The notes: a model not told the origin generated them from the sequence alone. A stretch of DNA of 64,000 nucleotides from Eledone cirrhosa (GCA_964016885.1 OZ024741.1:128650001-128714000); one strand, 5' to 3'. Positions 27,318 to 41,470 are shown, counted from the first letter of the stretch. Program-made: numbers and translations.

Positions 27318-27615
27318 CTCTATAACAGTGAGGTTATGGGAAATAAATTCGCTATAATTTCGATTGCCACTCAATGAGATAGTTTGAACGTATAAGCGAG
27401 TGAGTGCTAACCTCGAAGTTTCTGCAACTGCAAGCTGCATCGACGAGTGGAATTTGCAATTTGCCAATCATAGTGGCAGTATCGTGCATGTATGTCAGCC
27501 AGTTTTGCAAAGCGTCATCAGTGGAAATAACTATTATAGTGGGAGAGGACGAAGTGGTCTATCCAGTCTGTGTGTTAAGAAATTACTGTTATAATGGCTA
27601 AGGTAAGCGGCAGCA

Positions 27616-27825
27616 AATAATGGTTTCTGATTTAGGCACAAGGCCAGCAATTGGGGGGTGGGGGTGGAAAGTCGATTAAATGAACCTCAGTGGGTGACCG
27701 GTACTTTGTATTATCGACTCCGTAAGGATGAAACACAAAGCTAACCTCGGCGTTATTTGAGTTCAGAACGTAAAGGGCCGTAACTCTATGCCGCAAAGCA
27801 GCATGTCCGATGCTCTACGCCATTC
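27616..27825 (-). mobile_element. tRNA-derived SINE (major family in this window)
   Basis: Reverse complement of the 30176-30360 family. Confidence 0.8.
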
Positions 27826-27948
27826 AGTAAGGAATTGTGGTATCCTACACATTTAAAATGAGATTTATCTTGAATTTATAGCCGGTATAATTCTCAAACA
27901 GTTCAAAAATTAAAAAAACAAAATTGCAAAGAAATACAGACGTCATAC

Positions 27949-28007
<59 letters not shown>

Positions 28008-28267
28008 CACACACTACACACACAAACTTTTGGTACCCTTGCAACATATATAATAGAATAAATATGGTTTTATAAATATAGTTTCCATTGATATATATAT
28101 ATATATATATGTCCCAACGACTTTTTTTAGCCGTTGCTCGCACCAACCGGAGGTATATGGTCTTTAAAGCGATGAAATGCCTATGATGGTTGGAAGATCA
28201 CTGATGAAGGACAAACTTTTTCATATGTAACCCATTTGCAACGCCGCAGCTCCATTATTATCATATT

Positions 28268-28311
<44 letters not shown>

Positions 28312-28645
28312 TGGAAACTATATTTATAAAACCATATTTATTCTATTATATATGTTGCAAGGGTACCAAAACACTCATATGTTACATGCTCTATCATAAA
28401 CGCGAAAACAGTAACCCAACGCTAACCACGAACCAAACGAATGCCGTCAAAACACATAAACCTAACCTAACCTACCATATAATACAATAGAAAACATTAA
28501 AAAAAAAAAACACAAAAAAACAGCTAATCATGTACATCAGAACCCTACCCAAACATGCATAACAATAACCAAACACCGTTCTGATAACTGGTAGGGGGAT
28601 AGCGGACATCGTCAGGCTGCAGCCATCTTATTACCTGGTTTCTGC

Positions 28646-28718
<73 letters not shown>

Positions 28719-29229
28719 CACTCTTCTTTCTACTCTATTTCTCTCATCTCTCTTCCCACGTTCTACTCTCGCCTCTGTCTCTCCTCTCTCTTCCCTCTCC
28801 CTCCCAATATACACTACCCGCTTCCTAAATACATACCCCAACACTTAGGTACTATCTCACTCCCTTCTCTCTCTCTATCTCCCTCTCATTATGTCCCCGG
28901 TTCCATCCCACTTTCTGGAATATTGGCCAAGTGTCATTTACTCGGGTCGATTCATACCTTCTTAGTAAAATTGTGAAGACGAAAATTGGGTAGACGGAAG
29001 CCTATCGCTGGACTGTATCTATAATTCATAGAGCCATTCATTCCACACATTCTATCACACTGAATCTCCATGTAAAGTACGTTATTGATACATGTGTCTG
29101 TAGAATGCTCGGACACTTACACGTTGATTTCATAAAAAGGCTTTTCCGTTGATCGAATAATGGGAACTCTGATCGTTAAAGTCCGTGAAGATAGATAGCT
29201 TAAGTTGGTGACTATTCGGAAGACAGCAT

Positions 29230-29780
29230 CCGTGACAGTGTGTTACATAGTTTGTGATACAGTATGTGACATAGTGTGTAACACAGTGTGTGGCATAGTA
29301 TCTCACAGTGTGACATAGTGTGTGACACAGTGTGGACATAGTGTGTGACGGTATGTGATACAGTGTGTGACATAGTGTGTAGTACAGTGTGACAGTGTGT
29401 AACACAGTGTGTGAAATAGTGTATGATACAATGTGTCACACAGTGTGGACATAGTGTGTGACTGTGTGTGATACAGTGTGTGACAGTGTGTGGTACAGTG
29501 TGACATAGTGTGTAACACAGTGTGTGATACAGTGTGACATAGTGTGTGGTACACAGTGTGACAGTGTGTGTGATACAGTGTGACATAGTGTGTGGTACAG
29601 TGTGTGATACAGTGTGACAGTGTTGTACACAGTGTGATACAGTGGGTGACACATTGTATGACACAGTGTGTGACACAATGTATGATACAGTGTGACTTAG
29701 TGTTGTACACAGTGTGATACAGTGTGTGACACAGTGTGTGACATAGTGTGTGACACAGTGTGTAATGCAGTGTGTGACAT
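29230..29780. repeat. Degenerate TGTGACACAG/ATAG minisatellite
   Basis: 10-14-bp units of CAGTGTGTGA type. Confidence 0.9.
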
Positions 29781-30175
29781 GTGCTCTTGAATTACAAATA
29801 TAGTCCATCAGACGGGCTTACAGACATTTTCCGTCTAGCCAAATTTCAAAATGTAACAAAGCTTTGCTCTAAACAAGGTTATGATTGATTAAAGAAACTT
29901 TAACAAGATGCTGTATAGTGGAATCAACAGCGGGTTATTGCATGCATTCGGCGGCCATAGATGCACACATATACAGATATACACATGTAAACACACATAC
30001 ATTGTATCTATACATGCGCACACAAATACATACACATGTACTCATGTAAGCACACGCATATCAACATATACATGCACGCACAAATACACTCGCATATAAA
30101 CACATACAATATACATATGCATGCTCACACGAATACACACACACATGAACATGTTGTAAACAGACATACACAAGC

Positions 30176-30360
30176 ATTGGCAGTATCGGTAGAGGGTCGG
30201 ACACCATGCTTTGACGCATAGAGTTACGGCCCTTTCCATTCTGATTTCAAATCCCGCCGAGGTTAACTTTGCCTTTCATCCTTTCGGGGTCGATAAAATA
30301 AAGTACCAGTAATACACTGAGATAATTGCTGGCCTTGTGGCAAAAGTAGAAGCAATTATA
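30176..30360 (+). mobile_element. tRNA-derived SINE, near full length
   Basis: A-box-like TGGCAGTATCGG, B-box-like GATTTCAAATCC, central GCCTTTCATCCTTTCGGGGTCGATAAAATAAAGTACCAG, tail GGCCTTGTGGCAAAAGTAGAA; at least 6 related copies in the window. Confidence 0.85.
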
Positions 30361-30414
30361 TATACATATGAATTCGCACACAAATGAATGCATATAGACA
30401 GACGTATGTATATA

Positions 30415-30521
<107 letters not shown>

Positions 30522-30979
30522 GTTGTAGTAATTTCTTATTTCATAGTAAGTACATCTCTTTAAGATAGTTGTTTTGTATACTTATAGGTATTGTCGGGGG
30601 AGTGTTGGATTATCGAGATGGTGGAGTGGTGTGGTGGTGGGACGGTGGGGGTGATGTGGGATGGTGGTTTGATGGTGGAATATTGTAATGGTAGGGGTGG
30701 TGTGTTGGTGGTATAATGGGATGGTGTGAGAGCGAGCGGGAGAGAGAGAGAGAGAAAGAAATGGAGTGGGAGATGGAGAAAGCGAGACATAGTGAGTGGG
30801 AGACATAGAAAGAGAAAGGAAGGCAGGGGTGGGAGGAGGTAGAGAGTGTGAGTTGGAGAGAAAGGGGAGGAAGGATAACATTGAAGTCGTAAGTGACACA
30901 ATATCATGAAGTTAACCGCCGTAACATCTCCTACTTGCTTAAAAGGTGATCAGAGGCGTACTATTACTTCGACTACCGC

Positions 30980-32140
30980 TGTTGGTGGTGTTGTTGTAGA
31001 CTATGGTGGTGGTGGTGGTGGTGGTGGTGGTGGTAGTGGTGGTGTTGTTGTTGTAGACTGTAGTGGTGGTGTTGTTGTAGACTATAGTGGTGGTGGTGGT
31101 GGTGGTGGTGGTAGTGGTGGTGTTGTTGTTGTAGACTGTAGTGGTGGTGGTGGTAGTGGTGTTGTTGTTGTTGTAGACTGTAGTGGTGGTGTTGTTGTAG
31201 ACTATAGTGGTGGTGGTAGTGGTGGTGGTGGTGGTGGTGGTGGTGTTGTTGTTGTAGACTATAGTGGTGGTGGTGGTGGTGGTGGTGGTAGTAGTGGTGG
31301 TGTTGTTGTTGTAGACTGTAGTGGTGGTTTTGTTGTAGACTGTAGTGGTGGTGGTGGTGGTGGTAGTGGTGGTGGTGGTGGTGGTGGTAGTAGTAGTGGT
31401 GGGGGTAATGGTGGTGGCAGTGGTGGTGGTGGTGGTGATAGTGGTGGTGGTTGTGGTGGTCGTGGTGGTAGTAGTAGTGGTGGGGGTAATGGTGGTAGTA
31501 GTGGTGGTGTTGTTGTTGTAGACTGTAGTGGTGGTTTTGTTGTAGACTGTAGTGGTGGTGGTAGTAGTGGTGGTGGTTGTGGTGGTGGTGGTGGTAGTAG
31601 TAGTGGTGGGGGTAATGGTGGTGGCAGTGGTGGTGGTGGTGGTGATAGTGGTGGTGGTTGTGGTGGTCGTGGTGGTAGTAGTAGTGGTGGGGGTAATGGT
31701 GGTGGCAGTGGTGGTGTTGTTGTTGTAGACTGTAGTGGTGGTGGTGATAGTGGTGGTGGTTGTGGTGGTCGTGGTGGTAGTAGTAGTGGTGGGGGTAATG
31801 GTGGTGGCAGTGGCGGTGTTGTTGCTGTAGACTGTAGTGGTGGTGGTGATAGTGGTGGTGGTTGTGGTGGTGGTGGTGGTAGTAGTAGTGGTGGGGGTAA
31901 TGGTGGTGGCAGTGGTGGTGGTGTTGTTGTAGACCGTAGTGGTGGTGGTGGTGTTCTTGTTGTAGACTGTAGTGGTGGTGGTGGTAGTGGTGGTGGTGGT
32001 GATGGGGTGGTGGTAGTGGTGGTGGTGATGGTGTTGGTGTTGATGGTAGTTGTCTGCAGATGGTGTTGGTGGTGGTGGTGGTGGTTGTGTTGGTGGTGGT
32101 GGTAGTAGTGGTGGTGGTGATAGTGGTGGAGATGGTGGTA
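30980..32140. repeat. (GGT)n tract with recurring GTTGTAGACTGTAGT motif
   Basis: Compound triplet repeat with internal block duplications. Confidence 0.9.
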
Positions 32141-32967
32141 GCTGTTGATTTTCCATTTTTTCCCTCTTTGATTTTGTTAATTTATTTTTAAATTAGTTTA
32201 TATTGAACCTGTTGGCATTGTTATTGCTGTTAATGTTATTGTTGTTATTGTTGTTATTGTTATTGTTGTTATTGTTGTTGTTATTGTTATTGTTGTTGTT
32301 CATCTTCTGCTTCTCCTTCTTCCTATTGCCTCTCTTCCTTCTTCTACTTCCTCATTTCCATCCTTACCTACACCACTGTTGTTACTCTATAGGAAGGAAG
32401 TTGGCCAAGCAGTGAGGAAAATAATGAAAGTACTAACTAAATAAATACACAATTGTTAAGAATAAATATATAAAGAAAATAAATATACGTAAATAAATAG
32501 ATAAATAAGTAAATAAAGTGTGAAATTGTTTGTAAGGAGGAGGAGGGAGAGGTGGTCTCCCCTTGTTTCCGAAGATTGTCTTTTTCTGTATTACGAAAAA
32601 AGCTCTGCGCCCGCATACTCACACATACATACATATATATATATATGCATACATATATGTATATATATATATGCATACATGCATAGATACATACATACAT
32701 ACATGCATATACACGTATGTACATACATACATACGTACATTTATACGTATATATACACAAACATACGTACTTATATACATACATACGTACATACACACAT
32801 ACATACGTACATGTATACATATATATACAGAAACATACGTACTTATATACATACATACCTACATACATACATACATACATACATGCATACATACATACAT
32901 ACATACGTATATACATATATGCATATATACATATGTACATACATACATACATACATACATACATACA

Positions 32968-32998
<31 letters not shown>

Positions 32999-33031
32999 GT
33001 ACTTACATAAAAAAAATAAAACACGGACACA

Positions 33032-33121
<90 letters not shown>

Positions 33122-33130
33122 CATACACAC

Positions 33131-33480
33131 AGTGAAATGGAGAATATTTATGCTGAACTAATGAGGAACTTGGAGATACTCCACCCTGTCTATACCTTTA
33201 GTTTTATACCTGTGATCATTGGGGCATTAGGATATGTTACTAACTGTCTCAGTACAAATCTTGAGAAGCTGGGCTTCATAGAATCAGAAAGAGAATGGCT
33301 AGTTAAGAAGTTGCAAGTAGAGTTCATTTATAGAACTGTAAAAATATGTAAAATATTCCAGAAGTTTAGCATGTAATAACCACATACCTAGACGTATAGA
33401 TACAGAAACATGGAAAAACTGCATACAATGTTATCTCTACCTGCATACATGCTCACGCGAAGACATAAAATTGCTTAGTT
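33131..33480 (+). mobile_element. 3' fragment of R4/Dong-like RLE LINE
   Basis: ENIYAELMRNLEILHP...IIGALGYV...VKICKIFQKF matches the 54160-54398 terminus. Confidence 0.85.
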
Positions 33481-34113
33481 GATGTCTAAATCTAAACTAT
33501 AATAAAGGGAGGAGTGCGGCGGGACAGCGTCCAGAATATATTTTTTTATCCTGTTTGTAAAATAAGTTGGATTACTTTGAATAAATAATGAATGAATATT
33601 ACATAATTTATCTACTAAATTTCGTTATTCTTGATTAAATATATATAATTTTGTCGCTTATTTTAAGATTCACTTCTTTAAAATTTTCAAATGTCAATAC
33701 TTCCGGTTAGCGATCGCTTAAATAAACAGTCATATAGTTCCGTCAATGGATTACGTTACTGATTACATAAGACAGTGTAACGCAGTCTTCGTTCAATTTC
33801 TGTGTATATTGTCAATTACGATTTTATTTGATGTATCATATCTACATGCATATATACTTGCGTATAATATCAATATACACAGTACACAGGTTAGCAGAAA
33901 ACCACCCCAAAGGTGGTTTTTCTGCTAGTTCCAATAAAGGATATTTTTTCTGGGTTAAAAACGGTTCTTTATTTTTCACTATTGGTGAGAAATTATGAAA
34001 ATAAAATATATGTATGATGTATATATATGTGTGTGTGTCTGTGTGTGTGTGTGTGTACAATTGGATGGACAACGTATACCCATATATGGACAAACTACGC
34101 CCTTGATGATACA

Positions 34114-34204
34114 GCCCCGACGGCTGAGCTCTTGCGTTTCAACAGCTAGCTGTAGACTGTTTGCCGAAAGGCTTCACGGTTGATTGGCTGTGTCACCAGG
34201 GGGC
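34114..34204 (-). ncRNA. Type I hammerhead candidate (A6G) in an element with inverted ends
   Basis: GCCCC CTGGTGA C ACAGC...GCTGT T GAAA CG CAAGAGCTCAGC CG TC GGGGC; 14-bp inverted ends at 34056-34069 and 34207-34220. Confidence 0.6.
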
Positions 34205-34604
34205 GATCCATCCAATTGTAAATTTTCTTCATAGAATAGTTTTAGAAAGAAATGATTGTATTTTATAGATACAGATACACACACACGCTTCCAATGCATA
34301 ACATTAATTTCCCTGCCACAGGCTCAAAACCCCAAAGCATATCTAAATAGCTCTCATCATAATCTGTAAAAACCATCTTGTATCTGTAAAAATAGTTCAA
34401 TCTGTCCGCTTAAAGGATCATGTCATTTCAAAGAGGAACTATTTCACCTGAAAGATAGAGTATTGAAAATAATTATAAGGAACTCATAGTAAATACATTT
34501 AAATACCTATACTACCAGCACCTACAATGGTTCTGGTCAGGAGAACAGAGAAACTGCACGTATTGCTCTAATTTCTCCAATTCCCTCAGTAGTATATGTG
34601 TATG

Positions 34605-34699
<95 letters not shown>

Positions 34700-34824
34700 T
34701 AGGTATAAACCGAAGTTGTAGTTGCCGCACAGCACGTGCTATTCGATTTGTTTCAGGCAATCACAAAGCACTCAATGGGGCGAAAAGTTAATACATCAAC
34801 GTCTAGAGTAAACGCAAGAGTTAA

Positions 34825-35583
<759 letters not shown>

Positions 35584-35629
35584 ATATATATTATATATAT
35601 ATATATATATATAATATATATATATATAT

Positions 35630-35756
<127 letters not shown>

Positions 35757-36146
35757 AGACATACAGATAAACAGATTAAACAGCCAGGCCAGGCATGCAG
35801 GCAGGCAGAGAGACAAACAGATATAACTTTTACATTCAACAGGATGCAGCAATTTAATGCACATCTACTCTCTAATTTGATATCGTTTTACCATTTTTTT
35901 CCTTAATCTTATGGGTTTTCTTTTCCTCGTCTTTTCTTCTTCTAGTTTGATAAAAGTCATTTTATATTCCCCTAGTGAGAACTATAGTACTATTTTCAGG
36001 CGGGTTACTTACCATTTCTCATATCACTATACAATTATAAGATAGCGTTATTTTATGCAGCAAACTTTTAACTGCTATTTTCATATAAATGTTATCTACT
36101 GCCGTTGTATGTCAGGTACATATGTTTCTCTTTTGAAAGGTTCCTT

Positions 36147-36181
<35 letters not shown>

Positions 36182-36211
36182 CATACATACATATATATGT
36201 ATGTGTATATA

Positions 36212-36339
<128 letters not shown>

Positions 36340-36395
36340 AATCGAAAATACAACTGGAGTCTTATTTTTTTTTAAATATATATATTTATTTGGTT

Positions 36396-36432
36396 CCTTT
36401 ACCGGTTTCGCAGTTCTTCTGCTTTTCAAAAG
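36396..36432 (-). ncRNA. Minimal hammerhead candidate with U3-A8 core
   Basis: CTT TTGAAAA GCAG AAGAA CTGC GAAA CCG GTA AAGG. Confidence 0.65.
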
Positions 36433-36468
36433 TAGTGTTGAGATGGAGAGTCTGTGATTTTTCTCACA

Positions 36469-36503
<35 letters not shown>

Positions 36504-36508
<5 letters not shown>

Positions 36509-36695
36509 AATGAGTAGGACCCAGACGGCTGAGCTCAAGCTGTTTCGACGGCTAATTCTGGACGAGTCCAGAATTAGCCGTCGAAACGGCTTGAGCTCAG
36601 CCGTCGAGGTCCTACTCGTTCCTATTACCCACTCTACTACCCTAAGTATTGAGTACTTTGGTGCGTTATGGTCCACCTGGTTCCTTACCACATTT
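36504..36695 (+). mobile_element. Palindromic Penelope-type fragment with hammerhead 3' half
   Basis: ~60-bp arms around an apex at 36564; GAAA CGGCT..AGCCG TC; shared 3' tail with 38984-39175. Confidence 0.75.
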
Positions 36696-36701
36696 CCTTG
36701 G

Positions 36702-36762
<61 letters not shown>

Positions 36763-36809
36763 CATATATATGTATATTTATATATATATATATAAATATA
36801 TATATACAT

Positions 36810-37120
36810 ATATTCCAAGATAATAATAAATGGAAACTATATTTATAAAACTATATTTATTTTATTACATATATTTCAAGGGCGACCAAGCCAATCTTGG
36901 TGCGCTTTCATCGGAGAAAATATAAAATTTGTTTTATAAATAACGACATACCCATGGAAATCACACCTTAAACGGTCCGAAATTCGTTATTTATCAAACA
37001 AATTTTGTATTTTATCTGATGAAAGCGCACCAAGAATGGCTGGGTCACTCTTGAAATATATATAATAAAATAAATATGGTTTTATAAATATAGTTTCCAT
37101 TTATTATTATCTTGGAATAT
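36810..37120. mobile_element. Penelope-type inverted pseudo-LTR pair with a hammerhead on each arm
   Basis: Arms 36810-36946 and 36984-37120; HHR folds at 36859-36921 (-, CCGATGA) and 37009-37071 (+, CTGATGA). Confidence 0.8.
37009..37071 (+). ncRNA. Type I hammerhead ribozyme, minimal stem III
   Basis: ATTTTAT CTGATGA AAG...CTT GAAA T ATAT A TA ATAAAAT. Confidence 0.75.
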
Positions 37121-37675
37121 TTAGTCCAGTAACTTGTTGAGTGCTATATATATATATAGGAACAAGTAAGAGCCCGACGGCTGAGAAAAATACCAACACA
37201 TAGAGACGATGCCTAGATCATTCGCACAGCCGAAAAAAACGACCAGGAAAATATATATATATATATGTATGTATATATATGTATATATATATATGAAGAT
37301 TGTGATTACTTTTTACTTACTATTAGTTATGATACAGAGGTCAATGCATATAAGACGATTATGATAATGATGTGCAGATGATGATAAGGTTGGTCGTGTG
37401 GATGATGGGAATAGTAATAATATACATTATCATAATGATAGTGATGGTGGTGGTGGTGGTAGTGGTGGTGGTAATGGTGGACATGGCTGTGCTGATGTTT
37501 ATGATGATGATCATGATAATAGCGAAAGTAATATGAATCTAAAAAATGAATACATAAAAATATATATATATAAGGTATATTAAAAAACCATGTGTGTGTT
37601 TGTGTGAATGTATATATATATATATATATATATATAGATAGATAGATATATATACATACACAAATATATATATAT

Positions 37676-37868
<193 letters not shown>

Positions 37869-37873
37869 CACAT

Positions 37874-37914
<41 letters not shown>

Positions 37915-38031
37915 TATATACATTCATTCACACTAACACACACACACACGGTTTTTCAATATATATACACATACACACAAACATATATATACATACATAT
38001 ATATGTGTGTGTGTGTATATATACATATATA

Positions 38032-38063
<32 letters not shown>

Positions 38064-38184
38064 AAGATTCCTTCGCTTCCCGCACGAAACATCAAAGTAT
38101 AATACATTTATGTTCATCGATTTGTATTCAACCGCCCACCGACCTCCCAAATATCCCACAGACTGATTTTTTTTCCAGTCGATG

Positions 38185-38237
<53 letters not shown>

Positions 38238-38703
38238 GCGTGCGTGTGGGGGGGGGGGGGTATGTGTGTGTGTGTGTGTGCGTGTGGGTGTGTGTGTGTG
38301 TGTGTGTGTGCGTGTGTGTGTGCGTGTGTGTGCGTGCGTGTGTGTGTGTGTGTGTGTGTGCGTGTGTGTGTGCGTGTGTGTGTGTGTGTGTGTGTGCCTC
38401 TGTTCATGTGTCGTCAGAACAGAGGCACACACAAGTATATGTTGGTATGTGCGTAAATTTGAACTTTTTTTCTACATTTAAAGATCTAAAGAATATAGAG
38501 AGTTGGGGGAAATTCTAGTTTTTCTTTATTTTCCCTTTCTTACGATTCGTGTTGTTTGCGTATGTTTTTATCGTTTCCTATCTATTTTTCTGTTACTAAT
38601 TCCAGTTATCTGGAAGATACTCACACACGTGCATACACACATATATGTACACAAATGTGTGTGTCTGTGTGCGTATCGACATGCACACACATAAATATAT
38701 GTG

Positions 38704-38742
<39 letters not shown>

Positions 38743-38787
38743 AATTGATACGTATATATATACGTATATATATACGTATATATATAC

Positions 38788-38869
<82 letters not shown>

Positions 38870-38934
38870 GTATATATATATATATATATACGTATATATA
38901 TATATATACGTATATATATATATATATATATACG

Positions 38935-38965
<31 letters not shown>

Positions 38966-38983
38966 AAATATATATATATATAT

Positions 38984-39182
38984 ATAGGAACCAGTAAGAC
39001 CCCGACAGCTGAGCTCAAGCCGTTTCGACGGCTAATTCTGGACGGAGTCCAGAATTAGCCGTCGAAACGGCTTGAGCTCAGCTGTCGGGGTCTTACTGGT
39101 TCCTATTACCCACTCTACTACCTCAAGTATTGAGTACTTTGGTGCGTTATGGTCCACCTGGTTCCTTACCACATCTCATTCG

Positions 39183-39247
<65 letters not shown>

Positions 39248-39293
39248 AAAATGTATGACCCCGACGGCAGAGCTCAAGCCGTTTCGACGGCTA

Positions 39294-39295
<2 letters not shown>
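38984..39295 (+). mobile_element. Perfect 60-bp-arm palindrome with tail and a third partial arm
   Basis: 38984-39106 is a perfect hairpin with a GGA loop; partial arm at 39244-39294. Confidence 0.8.
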
Positions 39296-39342
<47 letters not shown>

Positions 39343-39520
39343 TAAACACAGTAAATTCTGCGTCTAAAATTACGAGGGTAGATTATACCACAAATGTTTT
39401 ATATATTTAAACTATGAGGGTAATAAGGCTATTATTTCTAGCATACCCACTCACACCACGTATAGCTTTCAACCCACTTCCGTGAGTTCTTGTGAGATGT
39501 GTTTTGTTTTATTTAATCTT

Positions 39521-39610
39521 ATCTCTCGCTGATGAAATGTCTAAGGATTATCTGTTACAAACACAATTTTCAGGGCGAAACAGATTAAATGTTTAGTCTG
39601 TCCGAGAGAT
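39521..39610 (+). ncRNA. Type I hammerhead ribozyme with long stem III
   Basis: ATCTCTCG CTGATGA ... GAAA CAGATTAA ATGT TTAGTCTG TC CGAGAGAT; lies within 73-bp inverted repeats 39341-39413 / 39666-39738; stem II imperfect. Confidence 0.8.
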
Positions 39611-39831
39611 GAAATCGTTATTGATACGGTATGTATAGGAAATCTTGTATCTTACTGTATGCTTCAGTTTAAATATATAAAACATCTGTGGTATAATCTA
39701 CCCTCGTAATTTTAGACGCAGAACTTACTGCGTTTATTTCTACATATATTATTATTATAATGCTCAGTATTTATACTTTGAGCTTGTTAATTGCAGGGTA
39801 TCAATATGAGTTAATAACTCTATACTTTATT

Positions 39832-39877
<46 letters not shown>

Positions 39878-39892
39878 TATATATACACATAT

Positions 39893-39931
<39 letters not shown>

Positions 39932-39993
39932 TATACACATTCAGACATACACACACACACACTCACATATACATACATATTTATATATATATA

Positions 39994-40046
<53 letters not shown>

Positions 40047-40443
40047 TGTAGTAGAAAATCTCGAACGCAGAAAATAGCTGCTGGCCAGTCTTTGTGGCTA
40101 CAGAAGAATTTCACCCGATTTTCTAAGCTATTATTTATAGAAATTGACTGTTTTCACAGTTATTTTCTGTGCAGTTTCTAAGTATTGCAATTCACTTCAC
40201 GCTCTGATGGTTCACAAATGTTGAAACAGCGTAAGCTCAGCCGTCGCGCACTAATATATGTATATAGATACATATATACATATATACATATATATATATA
40301 TGTATATGCGTGTGTGGGAGGAGGGGGGGGGGGGTAGAAAAAACGAGGAAGTTTCGTTTACATATGAAAACTATTTATTGCATATCGACCCACACTTTAT
40401 ATATATATTAGAGCAAACATCACGAGCGCTCTATCTCAAAATT

Positions 40444-40481
40444 CTTTTTGAAAAGCATTAGAAATGCGCAACCGGTAAAAA
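40444..40481 (+). ncRNA. Degenerate U3-A8 hammerhead
   Basis: TTT TTGAAAA GCATT AGA AATGC GCAA CCG GTA AAA; GAAA changed to GCAA. Confidence 0.5.
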
Positions 40482-40590
40482 CTTAAAACTAAAACTGAAT
40501 ACTAACCAATACTTATTACTAATTTTTACTTATTCCTAATTAAACTATTTTTCACTGGGAACAATTTGTCAGCATTTTCTTTTCCTTTTA

Positions 40591-40639
<49 letters not shown>

Positions 40640-40806
40640 TTATATATATTATATATACACACACAGAAAGAGAAATAGAGATTGCTTGTATAAAGAGTGA
40701 GAGGTGGGAATTACTACTGAACATACAAGTGTTTAGAACATATACCACAAATTATAATTTATAGGTAACTCAAGTTGTGTATATATGTATGTATATATGA
40801 ATGAAC

Positions 40807-40837
<31 letters not shown>

Positions 40838-40858
40838 TGTATGTATGTATGTATGTTT

Positions 40859-41470
40859 ATGTCAGGTCACCAGTTGGTGCTACTGGTAACATGTATCCCA
40901 GTACAACCTGTCCCATGGTCGGGTCGTTGGCGACTAAACTGGCAACCCCACCAAGGTTTCTTGGTGAGGAGGGTTACTTTGGACATCCTGCAGGACTAAA
41001 AACAAAACCTGTCAAAGGGCAAAGGAGCTCTTAAGAGTCAATGGCCATCCAAAATCACCGGGAGAGATGACCCCTTAGCCTTTGTCAAGGCAGAATTCTA
41101 GGAGAAGGAAAACTCTGATATAACACCTGCAACCCTGATGGTATCCAATGATGTTGACTTGTTCTTCTTTTTGGTAAATATCATCTTGGTTAAGAGAGTG
41201 GGACTGGCTTTGTGCAGTGCCTTTGCTCACTATAAAAGCTTCACGGCACAGGCATTGCTTTATATCTGGAGATCTCTCTGCACTTGTCGTCACATGGTAC
41301 CATGGGCCCAGCACTATGTGTCAGTAATTGTCACAAGTGTAGTGTTTGTACCAGAGTTTTCAAGTCGCTGGCTGGACTAAAAAGTCACACTCGTTCAGCG
41401 CATCGGTAGGGGTTCTCCTACATGGATATAAAGTAGTGGCCGTACTCGAAAACGAGTTGGCAGCCACCAT
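40859..41470 (+). mobile_element. ~610-bp non-autonomous RTE-derived (bipartite) retroelement
   Basis: RTE-like 5' UTR motif CTAGGAGAAGGAAAACTC; 3' remnant encoding [25 protein letters not shown] (C2H2 finger); (GTAT)n tail; second full copy at 51010-51621. Confidence 0.8.

Noticed and set aside
27321-27596. Minus-strand CTGATGA (27515-27521) and GAAACTTCGAGGTT within 9-bp inverted ends as a hammerhead
   Set aside because: No stem I pairing can be formed; at best a decayed remnant.
30906-32105. 399-aa Gly-rich ORF resembling a structural protein
   Set aside because: It is a (GGT)n compound repeat that is open on both strands and resembles other non-coding GGT tracts in the window.
40859-40986. 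HDV-like ribozyme at the 5' end of the RTE-derived element
   Set aside because: P3/L3 and P1 could not be placed in HDV order; the twister topology fits better.
41075-41380. Repeated 79-80-aa ORFs (MLGPWYHV..., MVSNDVDL...) as a small gene family
   Set aside because: They recur only because the retroelement is repeated and have no recognisable motif; the real coding remnant is the zinc finger in another frame.
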